Below are positions 30,050 to 39,838 of a stretch of 64,000 nt of DNA, piece by piece. Source of the stretch: Acidobacteria bacterium Ga0077522 (GTDB lineage Bacteria; Acidobacteriota; Vicinamibacteria; Vicinamibacterales; Vicinamibacteraceae); assembly GCA_001464065.1 (NCBI GenBank), contig LNDN01000011.1:2231-66230 (forward strand), given 5' to 3'. Within the stretch, counting starts at the first letter, position 1, and each line of letters begins with the position of its first letter. Both the position numbers and the translations under genes were made by a program. The notes under the pieces are model-generated. The model made no database searches, was not told the origin of the DNA, and saw only the letters and a program-made list of their open reading frames with translations.

Positions 30050-31756
30050 ATGGCGATGCCGCAGATGGTGCCCGTCCCACCTGGTACCCCGGCGCCCTGG
30101 CCACCGCGGCCAGGGGGGCCGGCCCTCGTCTGGCTGGCCGGGCTTCGCGCCCTCGTGGCGGTGGCGCTGCTGGCGCCCCTGGCGGCCTTCACCGCCGGGC
30201 AGGGCCAACTCTCGCAGGCTGCCTGGCTGGCGCTGTTGCCGCTGGCGCCCCTCGCCAACAGTGCGCTCGGGCTGTTGCTCGGGCCCCGGCTGTCGCCGCG
30301 GGGCCTCACCCTGCAGTTCCTCGCCGATGCCCTCGTGGTGCTGGCGGTGGTCTGGAGCACGGGGGGCCTGCTGAGCGCCTACACGCCCCTGATGCTCCTG
30401 CCCGTGCTGGCCGCCAGCGTGCTCGGTGGCCGGCGTGCCGGCATGCGTGCGGCCGGCGTGCTCGGCACCGGGGTCGTGGTGCTGTCGGCCGTGCAGTACG
30501 GCTGGCTGCCCGCACCGACGGCGCTCCGTGATCCGCTGCAGGTCGCGCTGTTGCCGCCGCTCCCACTGACGGCCTATACGCTGGCCGCCAACGTCGGCGG
30601 CTTCGTGGCCACGGCCCTGCTGGTGGGGCATCTGTCCGAGTCGCTCAGTCGCACCGGCGCCGACCTGGCGCGAGCGACCACGAGCCTTGCCGATCTCACC
30701 ACGCTGAGCCAGCGCGTCATCGACAGCATGACCGGCGGGCTGATCGTCACCGACGCGCACGGTGGCGTCGTCCTCTTCAACAGGACCGCCGAGACCATCA
30801 CCGGCCGACGCGCCGAGGATGTCCTCGGCGAGCCTGTCGACCGCGTCCTGCCGCTGCCGGCGGGCGAGTCCGACGGTGGGATCCCGGTTCGTCTCGAGTG
30901 CTCGTTCACGCGCGTCGATGGCAGCGTGATCGAACTCGGCGCCACGGTGGCCCCGCTGCTCGGCGGCGGGGGGCAGCGTGCGGGGCAGCTGGTCACCTTC
31001 CAGGACCTCACGCTGATCAAGCAGCGCGAGGCGGAGCGGCAGCGGCAGGAGCGTCTTGCCGCCGTCGGCGAGATGGCGGCCGGCATCGCGCACGAGATCC
31101 GCAATCCGCTGGCGTCGATGAGCGGGTCCATCCAGTTGCTGCGTCACGAGCTGACGCTGCGCGACGACCAGGCGACGCTGCTGGACATCGTCATGCGCGA
31201 GTCGCAGCGCCTCAACGACATCATCAAGAACTTCCTGTCGTATGCCGGACCGCAGCGCGTCAGCCGCTCGCGGGTGGACGTGGCCTGCCTCGTCACCGAG
31301 GTCGGGGCGTTGCTGCAGCAGCAGGCGCAGGGGCCCGGGGTCGTCACCATTCGCGTCGATGCGCCCGCACCGGTCTTCCACGACGTGGACGAGGCGCAGC
31401 TGCGCCAGGTGCTGTGGAACCTCGCCACCAACGGCATCAAGGCGATGCCGGAGGGGGGCGTGCTCCATCTCGGCGTGGTGGCCGTGCCGGACTCGGGCGG
31501 TGCGTCGCTGCAGGTGTCGGTGCGTGACGAAGGGGTCGGCATGGCGCCGGCCGACATCGAGCGCATGTTCCAGCCGTTCCAGAGCGGCTTCCGGCAGGGC
31601 AGCGGTCTCGGCCTGGCGATCGTCCGCCGCATCGTCACCGATCACGGCGGTCGCGTCAGTGTGCGGTCGACACCCGGGGCAGGCACCGAAGTGACGGTGT
31701 CGCTGCCGGCGCCGGTCGCGCGTCCCCAGATCGTGCCCATCCTCAGGAGTGCCTGA
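30050..31756 (+). CDS. pilS: Membrane sensor histidine kinase, PilS-type
   Basis: 568 aa; multi-TM N-terminus, PAS region, H-box AHEIRNPLAS, HATPase N/G boxes; immediately upstream of pilR. Confidence 0.85.
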   Translation: MAMPQMVPVPPGTPAPWPPRPGGPALVWLAGLRALVAVALLAPLAAFTAGQGQLSQAAWLALLPLAPLANSALGLLLGPRLSPRGLTLQFLADALVVLAVVWSTGGLLSAYTPLMLLPVLAASVLGGRRAGMRAAGVLGTGVVVLSAVQYGWLPAPTALRDPLQVALLPPLPLTAYTLAANVGGFVATALLVGHLSESLSRTGADLARATTSLADLTTLSQRVIDSMTGGLIVTDAHGGVVLFNRTAETITGRRAEDVLGEPVDRVLPLPAGESDGGIPVRLECSFTRVDGSVIELGATVAPLLGGGGQRAGQLVTFQDLTLIKQREAERQRQERLAAVGEMAAGIAHEIRNPLASMSGSIQLLRHELTLRDDQATLLDIVMRESQRLNDIIKNFLSYAGPQRVSRSRVDVACLVTEVGALLQQQAQGPGVVTIRVDAPAPVFHDVDEAQLRQVLWNLATNGIKAMPEGGVLHLGVVAVPDSGGASLQVSVRDEGVGMAPADIERMFQPFQSGFRQGSGLGLAIVRRIVTDHGGRVSVRSTPGAGTEVTVSLPAPVARPQIVPILRSA

Positions 31757-31759
31757 GAC

Positions 31760-33220
<1,461 letters not shown>

Positions 33221-33223
33221 GGG

Positions 33224-33277
33224 CGGGAACCGGGAACCGGGAACCGGGAGTCGGCAACCGAGTCGGGAGTCGGGAGT
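33224..33277. repeat. Tandem heptamer array (CGGGARY), about 8 units
   Basis: cgggaac x3, cgggagt, cggcaac, cgagt, cgggagt x2, starting 4 nt after the pilR stop. Confidence 0.9.
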
Positions 33278-33321
33278 CGCCGTTTCTCGTCCGCCGTCCT
33301 CGCCCGCCCCCCCTCCTCGCT

Positions 33322-33455
33322 CCTACCTCCGCCCCCCCTTCTCGGTCCTCCGTCCTCTCTCCTACCTCCGTCCTCCCTCCTCGATCCTCGGTCCTCCGCC
33401 CTCTCTCCTACCTCCGTCCTCTTTCCTCGGTCCTCCGTCCTCCTCCGTCGCTCTC
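33322..33455. repeat. Three direct repeats (39, 46 and about 48 bp) forming a polypyrimidine (+ strand) tract
   Basis: CCTACCTCCG at 33322, 33361 and 33407, interleaved with CTCGGTCCTCCG at 33341, 33387 and 33426. Confidence 0.9.
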
Positions 33456-33624
33456 CTGGCTGACAACTTCCGGCACTCCAGGGACCGTGAGTTGTCGCTC
33501 CTGACAGGATTCGTCACCGGTTCACCGATACTGGTGAGGGCCGTTGACGGCCAGCCGACCCTGACTATCGTCAGATTGAGTGGTTTTCGGCCGGTCTGGG
33601 CCGATCCGCGCGTTTGGGCACGAG

Positions 33625-33640
33625 TGGCACCGCGCTTGCT
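33625..33640 (+). promoter_or_regulatory. Sigma-54 (-24/-12) promoter of pilA
   Basis: TGGCAC-cgcgc-TTGCT with exact GG-N10-GC spacing, about 90 nt upstream of the pilA ATG and downstream of pilR. Confidence 0.8.
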
Positions 33641-33729
33641 ATAGGGAATGGCACGCAGGTTACGGGGGAAGCGGGTTGCGACCTCCACACACGGGCCACA
33701 CGCAGGACGCTCAGAGGAGACAGGACATC

Positions 33730-34308
33730 ATGAAGATTCGGAACACCAAGGGCTTCACGCTCATCGAACTGCTCATCGTCGTTGCCATCATCGGCATCAT
33801 CGCCGCCATCGCCATCCCGGGCCTGCTGCGCGCCCGCATGTCGGGCAACGAGGCCTCGGCCATCGGCTCGCTGCGCTCGATCAACAGCGGCCAGGCCACC
33901 TACGCCGCCAGCTGCGCGGCCGGCGGCTTCGCGCAGGACCTGAACGACCTGGTGCTGGCCCCGGTGGGCAGCACGGCGGCCTTCATCAGCCCCGACCTCG
34001 ACCCGGCCAACAACGCCGCGGGCGGTGCCATCGGTGCCCTGCCCAACAGCTCGGGCAAGAGCGGCTATGACGTCGGTCTGCAGGGCTCGGCAGCCGGTGT
34101 CCAGGTGACGCTCGCGGCCAACACCTGCAACAACTCGGGTACCGCGGCGTGGTCCGGCTACTACGCCCTCGCGATTCCGCAGCAGGTCGGCTCGACCGGT
34201 CAGCGCTCCTTCGGGACCGACGAGCGCGGCACGGTGTTCCAGGACACGTCGGGCGCGGCCATCGCGGAAGGCTTCGCGGTTGGCGGCACGGTGACCCCGG
34301 TCGAGTAA
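33730..34308 (+). CDS. pilA: Type IV major pilin
   Basis: 192 aa from the ATG at 33730; prepilin leader MKIRNTKG/FTLIELLIVVAIIGIIAAIAIP with Glu at +5; two Cys. Confidence 0.9.
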   Translation: MKIRNTKGFTLIELLIVVAIIGIIAAIAIPGLLRARMSGNEASAIGSLRSINSGQATYAASCAAGGFAQDLNDLVLAPVGSTAAFISPDLDPANNAAGGAIGALPNSSGKSGYDVGLQGSAAGVQVTLAANTCNNSGTAAWSGYYALAIPQQVGSTGQRSFGTDERGTVFQDTSGAAIAEGFAVGGTVTPVE

Positions 34309-34331
34309 CACGGGACGCCCCCTCGGATGGA

Positions 34332-34367
34332 CCAGAAGGCCGGCCTTGCGCCGGCCTTCTGGCGTTT
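34332..34367 (+). terminator. Stem-loop terminator after pilA
   Basis: CCAGAAGGCCGGC (34332-34344), loop CTTGC, GCCGGCCTTCTGG (34350-34362), then CGTTT. Confidence 0.6.
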
Positions 34368-34436
34368 GAGGGCGCCGCATCTGCGGCAGGGACGGCGGCG
34401 AATGCGCGCCTGCATCAGCGCGAGGCGGCTCGTCCT

Positions 34437-34452
34437 TGGCGTACTTCTTGCT
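34437..34452 (+). promoter_or_regulatory. Second sigma-54 (-24/-12) promoter
   Basis: TGGCGT-acttc-TTGCT with GG-N10-GC spacing, 37 nt upstream of the second pilin ATG; GGAGG SD at 34474-34478. Confidence 0.65.
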
Positions 34453-34488
34453 TTGAAAACGAGCATGACGCCAGGAGGGCTCTGTCCC

Positions 34489-34995
34489 ATGCATGCCGCT
34501 CGTCGCACCCGAGGATTCACGCTCATCGAACTGCTGATTGTCGTTGCCCTCATCGGCATCCTGTCGGCCATGGCCGCGCCCTTCCTCATCGCGGCCCGCT
34601 CGTCGGCCAACGAGGCTTCGGCGATTCAGTCGCTGCGCACCCTCGTCAGTGCCCAGACCACGTTCTCCAACGTGTGCGGCAACGGTGGCTACACGACGTC
34701 GCTGAACACCCTGGTCACCGAGCAGTTCGCCTCGCCCAATCTCGACATCACCCCCAAGAGCGGCTACAACTTCCAGCTCGTCGCCGCCCTCGGCTCCAAC
34801 GCGGCCCCCGCGGACTGCACCGGACAGCCGACACAGACGGGGTATTACTTCCGGGGGGAGCCGCTGGCCGCCAACTCGGGCCGCCGCGGGTTCGCCACCA
34901 ACCACGTCGGCACCATCTGGCAGGACACCACGGGCGTCGCGCCGCCGGAGCCCTTCGCACCAGCGGCGACGATCTCGCCGCTCGACGCGCACTGA
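34489..34995 (+). CDS. Type IV pilin paralog
   Basis: 168 aa from the ATG at 34489; leader MHAARRTRG/FTLIELLIVVALIGILSAMAAP; shares the ...NEASAI.SLR... and C.(A/N)GG(F/Y) motifs with pilA; two Cys. Confidence 0.88.
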   Translation: MHAARRTRGFTLIELLIVVALIGILSAMAAPFLIAARSSANEASAIQSLRTLVSAQTTFSNVCGNGGYTTSLNTLVTEQFASPNLDITPKSGYNFQLVAALGSNAAPADCTGQPTQTGYYFRGEPLAANSGRRGFATNHVGTIWQDTTGVAPPEPFAPAATISPLDAH

Positions 34996-35075
34996 GGCCC
35001 TCGGCGGCCGTCGCCGAGGGACGCGCGCGACCGCCCGAATCGCTCGGGCGAGCGTGCTAGGATCCAGCCGATCCC

Positions 35076-36296
35076 ATGTCTTCGCGCGCCCACACTGCCG
35101 CTCTCGTCTGCGTTCTCGTCGGTCTGGTCGCCTCCCTCGCGGCGGCCGTCGTGCACTTCCAGCTGGCCACGACGCCGGGGTACGAGAGCTTCTGCGACGT
35201 CAACGCGACGTGGAGCTGCACGCAGGCCTACCAGAGCGCGTACGGCCGCCTGTTGGGCGCTCCCGTCTCGATCCTCGGTGCCGGCTACTTCGCCGCGCTG
35301 CTCGCGCTGCTGACCCTCGGCCGCCGCCTCGAGACACTGGCCAGCTATCTGCTCGCGGCCTCGGTCATCGGGCTGGCCTTCGTCCTCTATCTCGCGTGGG
35401 CGACGATCTTCGTCCTGGGCACGTTGTGCCTCCTGTGCCTGACGACCTATGCGGCGGTCGTCGGCCTGTTCTTCATTGCCGGTGCCGCGGCGACCGTTCC
35501 GATGATTGACGTGCCCGACCGCCTGTCGAGAGACCTGCGCCGCCTCGGCGCCAACCCGATGGCCCTGGCCGTCATCGCCTTCGTGCTCGGGGGCACCGTC
35601 GCGTCCGCCGCTTTCTTCCCCCACGATCCCGAGACCGCGGCGTCCCCGACCGCCACCGGCACGGCGCGGGCCCAGGCCCCGGTCGAGCCGCCCCTGACCG
35701 ACGAGCAGAAGGCCCAGCTCCGGGCGTCGTTCGATCAGCAGCCGCGCATGATCGTCCCCGCCGACGCCGAGGGCGCCGCCGTCGTGGTCGTCAAGTTCAA
35801 CGACTACCAGTGCCCGCCGTGTCGGCAGACCTTCGAGCTGTACGAGCCCATCTGGGAGAAGTGGGCCCAGAAGGCGCCGGGCAAGGTGAAGTACATCTCC
35901 CGTGATTTCCCGCTCGAAGGCGAGTGCAACGCCAGTGCCCCCACGGGCCAGCATCAGGCGGCCTGCGAGGCCGCGGCCGGCGTCCGCATGGCCCGCACGG
36001 TGGGCAAGTCGAAGGAGTTCGAGCGCTGGCTGTTCGCCAACCAGTCCACGCTGTCGCCCTCCTCGGTGAAGGCCGGCCTGCAGGAGGTCGCCGGGATCGG
36101 CGATTTCGACGCCCGCTACGCCGCGACGCTCCCGGGCGTCAAGAGCGACACCGCCCTCGGCGCGAGCCTCGGCGTGCAGTCCACCCCGACGTTCTTCATC
36201 AACGGGGTGCGCATCCCCGGCGGGATCGCGCCGCAGGTGCTCGACTACATCCTCGAGTACGAGCTCGAGAAGGTCGCGGCCCCCGCCGTCAAGTGA
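35076..36296 (+). CDS. VKOR (vitamin K epoxide reductase)-DsbA/thioredoxin fusion oxidoreductase
   Basis: 406 aa; N-terminal 4-5 TM domain with CDVNATWSC and CLLC cysteine pairs; C-terminal thioredoxin fold with FNDYQCPPC active site. Confidence 0.82.
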   Translation: MSSRAHTAALVCVLVGLVASLAAAVVHFQLATTPGYESFCDVNATWSCTQAYQSAYGRLLGAPVSILGAGYFAALLALLTLGRRLETLASYLLAASVIGLAFVLYLAWATIFVLGTLCLLCLTTYAAVVGLFFIAGAAATVPMIDVPDRLSRDLRRLGANPMALAVIAFVLGGTVASAAFFPHDPETAASPTATGTARAQAPVEPPLTDEQKAQLRASFDQQPRMIVPADAEGAAVVVVKFNDYQCPPCRQTFELYEPIWEKWAQKAPGKVKYISRDFPLEGECNASAPTGQHQAACEAAAGVRMARTVGKSKEFERWLFANQSTLSPSSVKAGLQEVAGIGDFDARYAATLPGVKSDTALGASLGVQSTPTFFINGVRIPGGIAPQVLDYILEYELEKVAAPAVK

Positions 36297-36358
36297 TCCG
36301 CGTCGGCGGCCGATAACGCAGGCGCCTGGCTCCGTGCCGCCGGGCCCTGCTGGCACAC

Positions 36359-37327
36359 ATGACGGAACCGGTCATCGTCGTCGATCGCCTCACGAAGGAC
36401 TACCCGGTCGGATTCTGGCGACCGCGTCCCTACCGCGCCCTGGACGCCCTCAGCCTCGAGGTCGCCCCGGGCGAAGTCTTCGGATGCCTCGGACCCAACG
36501 GCGCCGGCAAGAGCACCACGCTCAAGTTGCTGCTCGGACTCGTCACCCCGACGTCCGGCACGGCGCACATCTTCGGCCGCCCCGTGTCGAGCGTCGCCTC
36601 GCGCGAGCGGGTGGGGTTCCTGCCGGAGAATCCGGTCTTCTACGACTACCTGACCGGTGAGGAGTTGCTGACCTACTTCGGGCAGCTGTGCGGCCTGCGC
36701 GCCTCGGAGGCCCGCCGTCGCGGCACCGCGCTCCTGGATCGCGTCGGCCTCGGTGCGGAACGCCGCCTGGCCATCCGCCGCTACTCCAAGGGCATGGTGC
36801 AGCGGCTCGGCGTCGCCCAGGCGCTCGTGCAGGACCCCGACCTCGTCATTCTCGACGAGCCCATGTCGGGCCTCGATCCGATCGGCCGACGCGACGTGCG
36901 GGCCCTGATCCTCTCGCTGCGCGATGAGGGCAAGACCGTGCTCTTCAGCAGCCACATCCTGTCGGACGCCGAGACGCTGTGCAGTCGTGTGGCCATCCTC
37001 GCCGCCGGTCGGCTCCAGGCGCTCGGCAGCATGACGGACCTGGTCCAGTTCTCGGTCCGAGCCTGGGAACTCCTGCTCGACGGCGTCGATGCCACGCTCG
37101 AGCATCGCCTCCGCGAGACGGGCGCGACGATGACGACGCTGTCGCCGGGACGGGTGCAGGTGCACCTGCCGGGCACGCAGCCCCCGGAGCCGCTGCTGCA
37201 GTGGGCCAACGGCGCCGGCGCCCGCGTGCTGGCCCTGCAGCCGGTGCGCGAGACCCTCGAGGACGTCTTCCTGAAGCACGTCGAAGGCAAGCGCCGCGAC
37301 GTCCCGGGGACGACGGGAGGCGCATGA
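36359..37327 (+). CDS. ABC transporter ATP-binding protein (ABC-2 type, pilH-like position)
   Basis: 322 aa; Walker A GPNGAGKST, signature YSKGMVQRL, Walker B LVILDEP. Confidence 0.9.
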   Translation: MTEPVIVVDRLTKDYPVGFWRPRPYRALDALSLEVAPGEVFGCLGPNGAGKSTTLKLLLGLVTPTSGTAHIFGRPVSSVASRERVGFLPENPVFYDYLTGEELLTYFGQLCGLRASEARRRGTALLDRVGLGAERRLAIRRYSKGMVQRLGVAQALVQDPDLVILDEPMSGLDPIGRRDVRALILSLRDEGKTVLFSSHILSDAETLCSRVAILAAGRLQALGSMTDLVQFSVRAWELLLDGVDATLEHRLRETGATMTTLSPGRVQVHLPGTQPPEPLLQWANGAGARVLALQPVRETLEDVFLKHVEGKRRDVPGTTGGA

Positions 37328-38136
37328 CCATGGGACTGCTGCGTGCCGTGGCCCTCAACACGTTTCGCGAGGCCGTGCGCGATCGCGTCTTCTACAACCT
37401 GCTGCTCTTCGCCGTGCTGCTGGTGGGGACGTCGCTGATCATCGGGCAGCTCGCCGCCGGGCAGGACGTCAAGATCATCAAGGATCTCGGCCTGGCCGCG
37501 TCGCTGCTCTTCGGTGTGGGGATTGCGGTGTTCCTCGGCATCCAGCTGGTGGCCCGCGAGGTCGAGCGGCGCAGCGTGCACGCGACGCTCGCCAAGCCGG
37601 TGAGTCGCCCGGTCTTCCTGCTCGGCAAGTACGTCGGGTTGCTGCTCACGCTCGGCGTCAACATCACGGTGATGGCGGTGGCCCTGTTCGCCGTGCTGGC
37701 CGTCTACCAGTCGGTGACGCCCGCCGGCGTGCAGGCCACGTGGACCGCACCCGCCCTGGATCCACGACTGCTCATCGCGCTGGGGTTGATCTACGTCGAA
37801 CTGGCCGTGGTCACCGGCGTGGCGCTGCTGTTCTCGACCTATTCGTCGGCGCTCCTGTCGGCGACGTTCACGACGGCGATCTGGGTGGCCGGACACTTCG
37901 TCGGCGACTTGCGCACCGTGGAGCAGATTGGCGCCTCGGGCACGACGGTTTGGGTGGCGCGCCTGGTGTCGTGGGTGCTGCCCAACCTCGCCCTCTTCGA
38001 CGTCAAGGCCGAGGTGGTCCACGGCCTGCCGGTCCCGGCCGGGCAGGTCGTGGCCGCCGTCGGCTACGGCGCGGCGTACGGCGCGGCGATGTGGCTCATC
38101 GCCGTGGCCATCTTCCAGCGACGGGACTTCAAGTGA
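37324..38136 (+). CDS. ABC-2 family permease (pilI-like position)
   Basis: 270 aa from the ATG at 37324 (ATGA overlap with the ATPase stop); six hydrophobic segments. Confidence 0.85.
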   Translation: MTMGLLRAVALNTFREAVRDRVFYNLLLFAVLLVGTSLIIGQLAAGQDVKIIKDLGLAASLLFGVGIAVFLGIQLVAREVERRSVHATLAKPVSRPVFLLGKYVGLLLTLGVNITVMAVALFAVLAVYQSVTPAGVQATWTAPALDPRLLIALGLIYVELAVVTGVALLFSTYSSALLSATFTTAIWVAGHFVGDLRTVEQIGASGTTVWVARLVSWVLPNLALFDVKAEVVHGLPVPAGQVVAAVGYGAAYGAAMWLIAVAIFQRRDFK

Positions 38137-39068
38137 GCGGTCTCCGGGCGCGCGCGCGTGGCGGACGGCTGCCGTGGCTGCTGGCCGCCGCGGCCCTGCT
38201 GGTCGCGGCCACCGGCTTCCAGATGGCGTCGCTGTCGCAGCGGCCCGTCCGCGACCTGCCGGCCGTGCTCTACCTGCAGTCGCCGACCGTGGCCCGCCGG
38301 GCCGTGCTGTCGTTCGACATGCTGGCGGCCGACCTGTACTGGCTGCGCGCGCTGCAGCACTTCGGGGCCACACGCCTGCAGACGTCGGGGCCGCGCACCT
38401 TCGAGAACCTGTATCCGTTCCTCGACCTGGCGACGTCGCTGGACCCCAGGTTCGTCGTGGCGTACCGGTTCGGCGCGATCTTCCTCTCCGAGTCGCCCCC
38501 AGGCGGGCCGGGCCGACCCGATCTGGCCGTGCGGTTGCTGGAGAAGGGCGTCGCCGCGACGCCAGACCGCTGGCAGTACTTCCAGGACATCGGCTTCGTG
38601 CACTACTGGTGGACGGGCGAGTACGACAGGGCCGCCGACGCCTTCTCGAAGGGCGCGGCGATCGAGGGCGCGCCGTGGTGGATGCGATCGCTCGCGGCCG
38701 TGACGCTCAGCGAAGGCGGCGATCGCCAGACCTCACGGCTGCTGTGGCGGTCACTGTCGCAGACCGCCGAGAACGACTGGCTGCGGCGCGACGCGCAGCG
38801 GCGCCTCACGCAGCTCGATGCCCTCGATCACCTCGACCAGTTGCAGGCCGTCGTGGCGCGCGGTCGCCTGTCCGGGCTGTCGGCGCCGTGGTCGTGGGCG
38901 CAGCTGCTGCAGGCCGGACTGCTGTCCGGCGTGCCGATCGATCCGACAGGAGTACCTTACGTGATTGACATCAACACGGGCCGGGTCGACCTCGACCGTC
39001 GCTCGACGCTCTGGCCCCTGCCCACCGAACCGCGGGGCCTGCCCGGCCTGGCCCGGGAGCCGCGATGA
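38133..39068 (+). CDS. Membrane-anchored helical-repeat (TPR-like) protein
   Basis: 311 aa from the GTG at 38133 (GTGA overlap with the permease stop); N-terminal anchor LPWLLAAAALLVAATGF; Trp/Tyr-rich helical repeats. Confidence 0.65.
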   Translation: MSGLRARARGGRLPWLLAAAALLVAATGFQMASLSQRPVRDLPAVLYLQSPTVARRAVLSFDMLAADLYWLRALQHFGATRLQTSGPRTFENLYPFLDLATSLDPRFVVAYRFGAIFLSESPPGGPGRPDLAVRLLEKGVAATPDRWQYFQDIGFVHYWWTGEYDRAADAFSKGAAIEGAPWWMRSLAAVTLSEGGDRQTSRLLWRSLSQTAENDWLRRDAQRRLTQLDALDHLDQLQAVVARGRLSGLSAPWSWAQLLQAGLLSGVPIDPTGVPYVIDINTGRVDLDRRSTLWPLPTEPRGLPGLAREPR

Positions 39069-39838
39069 GCCCGGACCTCGGCCTGCTCGTCGTTCTCGGG
39101 GTGCTGGGCCTGCTGGTGGGCAGCTTCCTCAACGTCTGCATCTACCGGTTGCCGCGTGATCGCTCCGTCGTCTTCCCGGCGTCGCACTGCCCGAGCTGCG
39201 AGCATCCCCTCCGCTGGTATCACAACGTGCCGGTGATCAGCTGGCTGCTGCTCGGCGGGCGGTGCGCGTTCTGCCGGGCGCCGATCGCCTGGCGCTACCC
39301 CGCGGTCGAACTGCTCAATGCCGGGCTCTGGGTTCTCCACGGGCTGCTCTTCCCGCTCGAACCCCTGCTGTTCGTGCGGATCGCCTTCGCCTCGGCGCTG
39401 CTCGTCCTGTTCTTCACCGATCTCGACTGCCGGATCCTGCCCAACGAACTGACGGTCGGCGGCACGGTCGCGGGTCTGGTGGCCGCCGCGTTCGTGCCGC
39501 CGGGCCTGCGCTCGGCCGTCATCGGCGTCCTGCTGGGCGGCGGTGTGCTCTGGGCCACGGGCGCGGCCTACGAGCGGCTGCGCGGCGTCGAAGGGATGGG
39601 GATGGGTGACGTGAAGATGCTGGCGATGATCGGCGCCGTGCTGGGCTGGCCCCTCATGCTCCTGACGCTGGTGTGGTCGTCGATCGCCGGCGGACTGCTC
39701 GGCGCGGTGCTGCTGGCCTTCAAGGCGGACGCCCGCACCACGGCGCTGCCGTTCGGCTCGTTCCTGGCGCCGGCCGCCCTGGCGGCCTCGCTGGTGGGAC
39801 AACCCGTCGTGGACTGGTATCTTGGGTTCTATCGCTGA
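39065..39838 (+). CDS. pilD: Prepilin peptidase (A24 family)
   Basis: 257 aa; CPSCEHPL...CAFCRAPI zinc knuckle, GMGMGDVKMLAMIGAVLGW active-site region; ATGA overlap with the upstream stop. Confidence 0.93.
   Translation: MSPDLGLLVVLGVLGLLVGSFLNVCIYRLPRDRSVVFPASHCPSCEHPLRWYHNVPVISWLLLGGRCAFCRAPIAWRYPAVELLNAGLWVLHGLLFPLEPLLFVRIAFASALLVLFFTDLDCRILPNELTVGGTVAGLVAAAFVPPGLRSAVIGVLLGGGVLWATGAAYERLRGVEGMGMGDVKMLAMIGAVLGWPLMLLTLVWSSIAGGLLGAVLLAFKADARTTALPFGSFLAPAALAASLVGQPVVDWYLGFYR

Noticed and set aside
33362-33688. 108-aa - strand ORF crossing the polypyrimidine repeats (translation ...EEDGGPRKEDGGRREGGGPRIEEGGRR)
   Set aside because: The repetitive Gly/Glu/Arg sequence is simply the translation of the GGA-rich complement. 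There is no start context, and the ORF overlaps the sigma-54 promoter of pilA.
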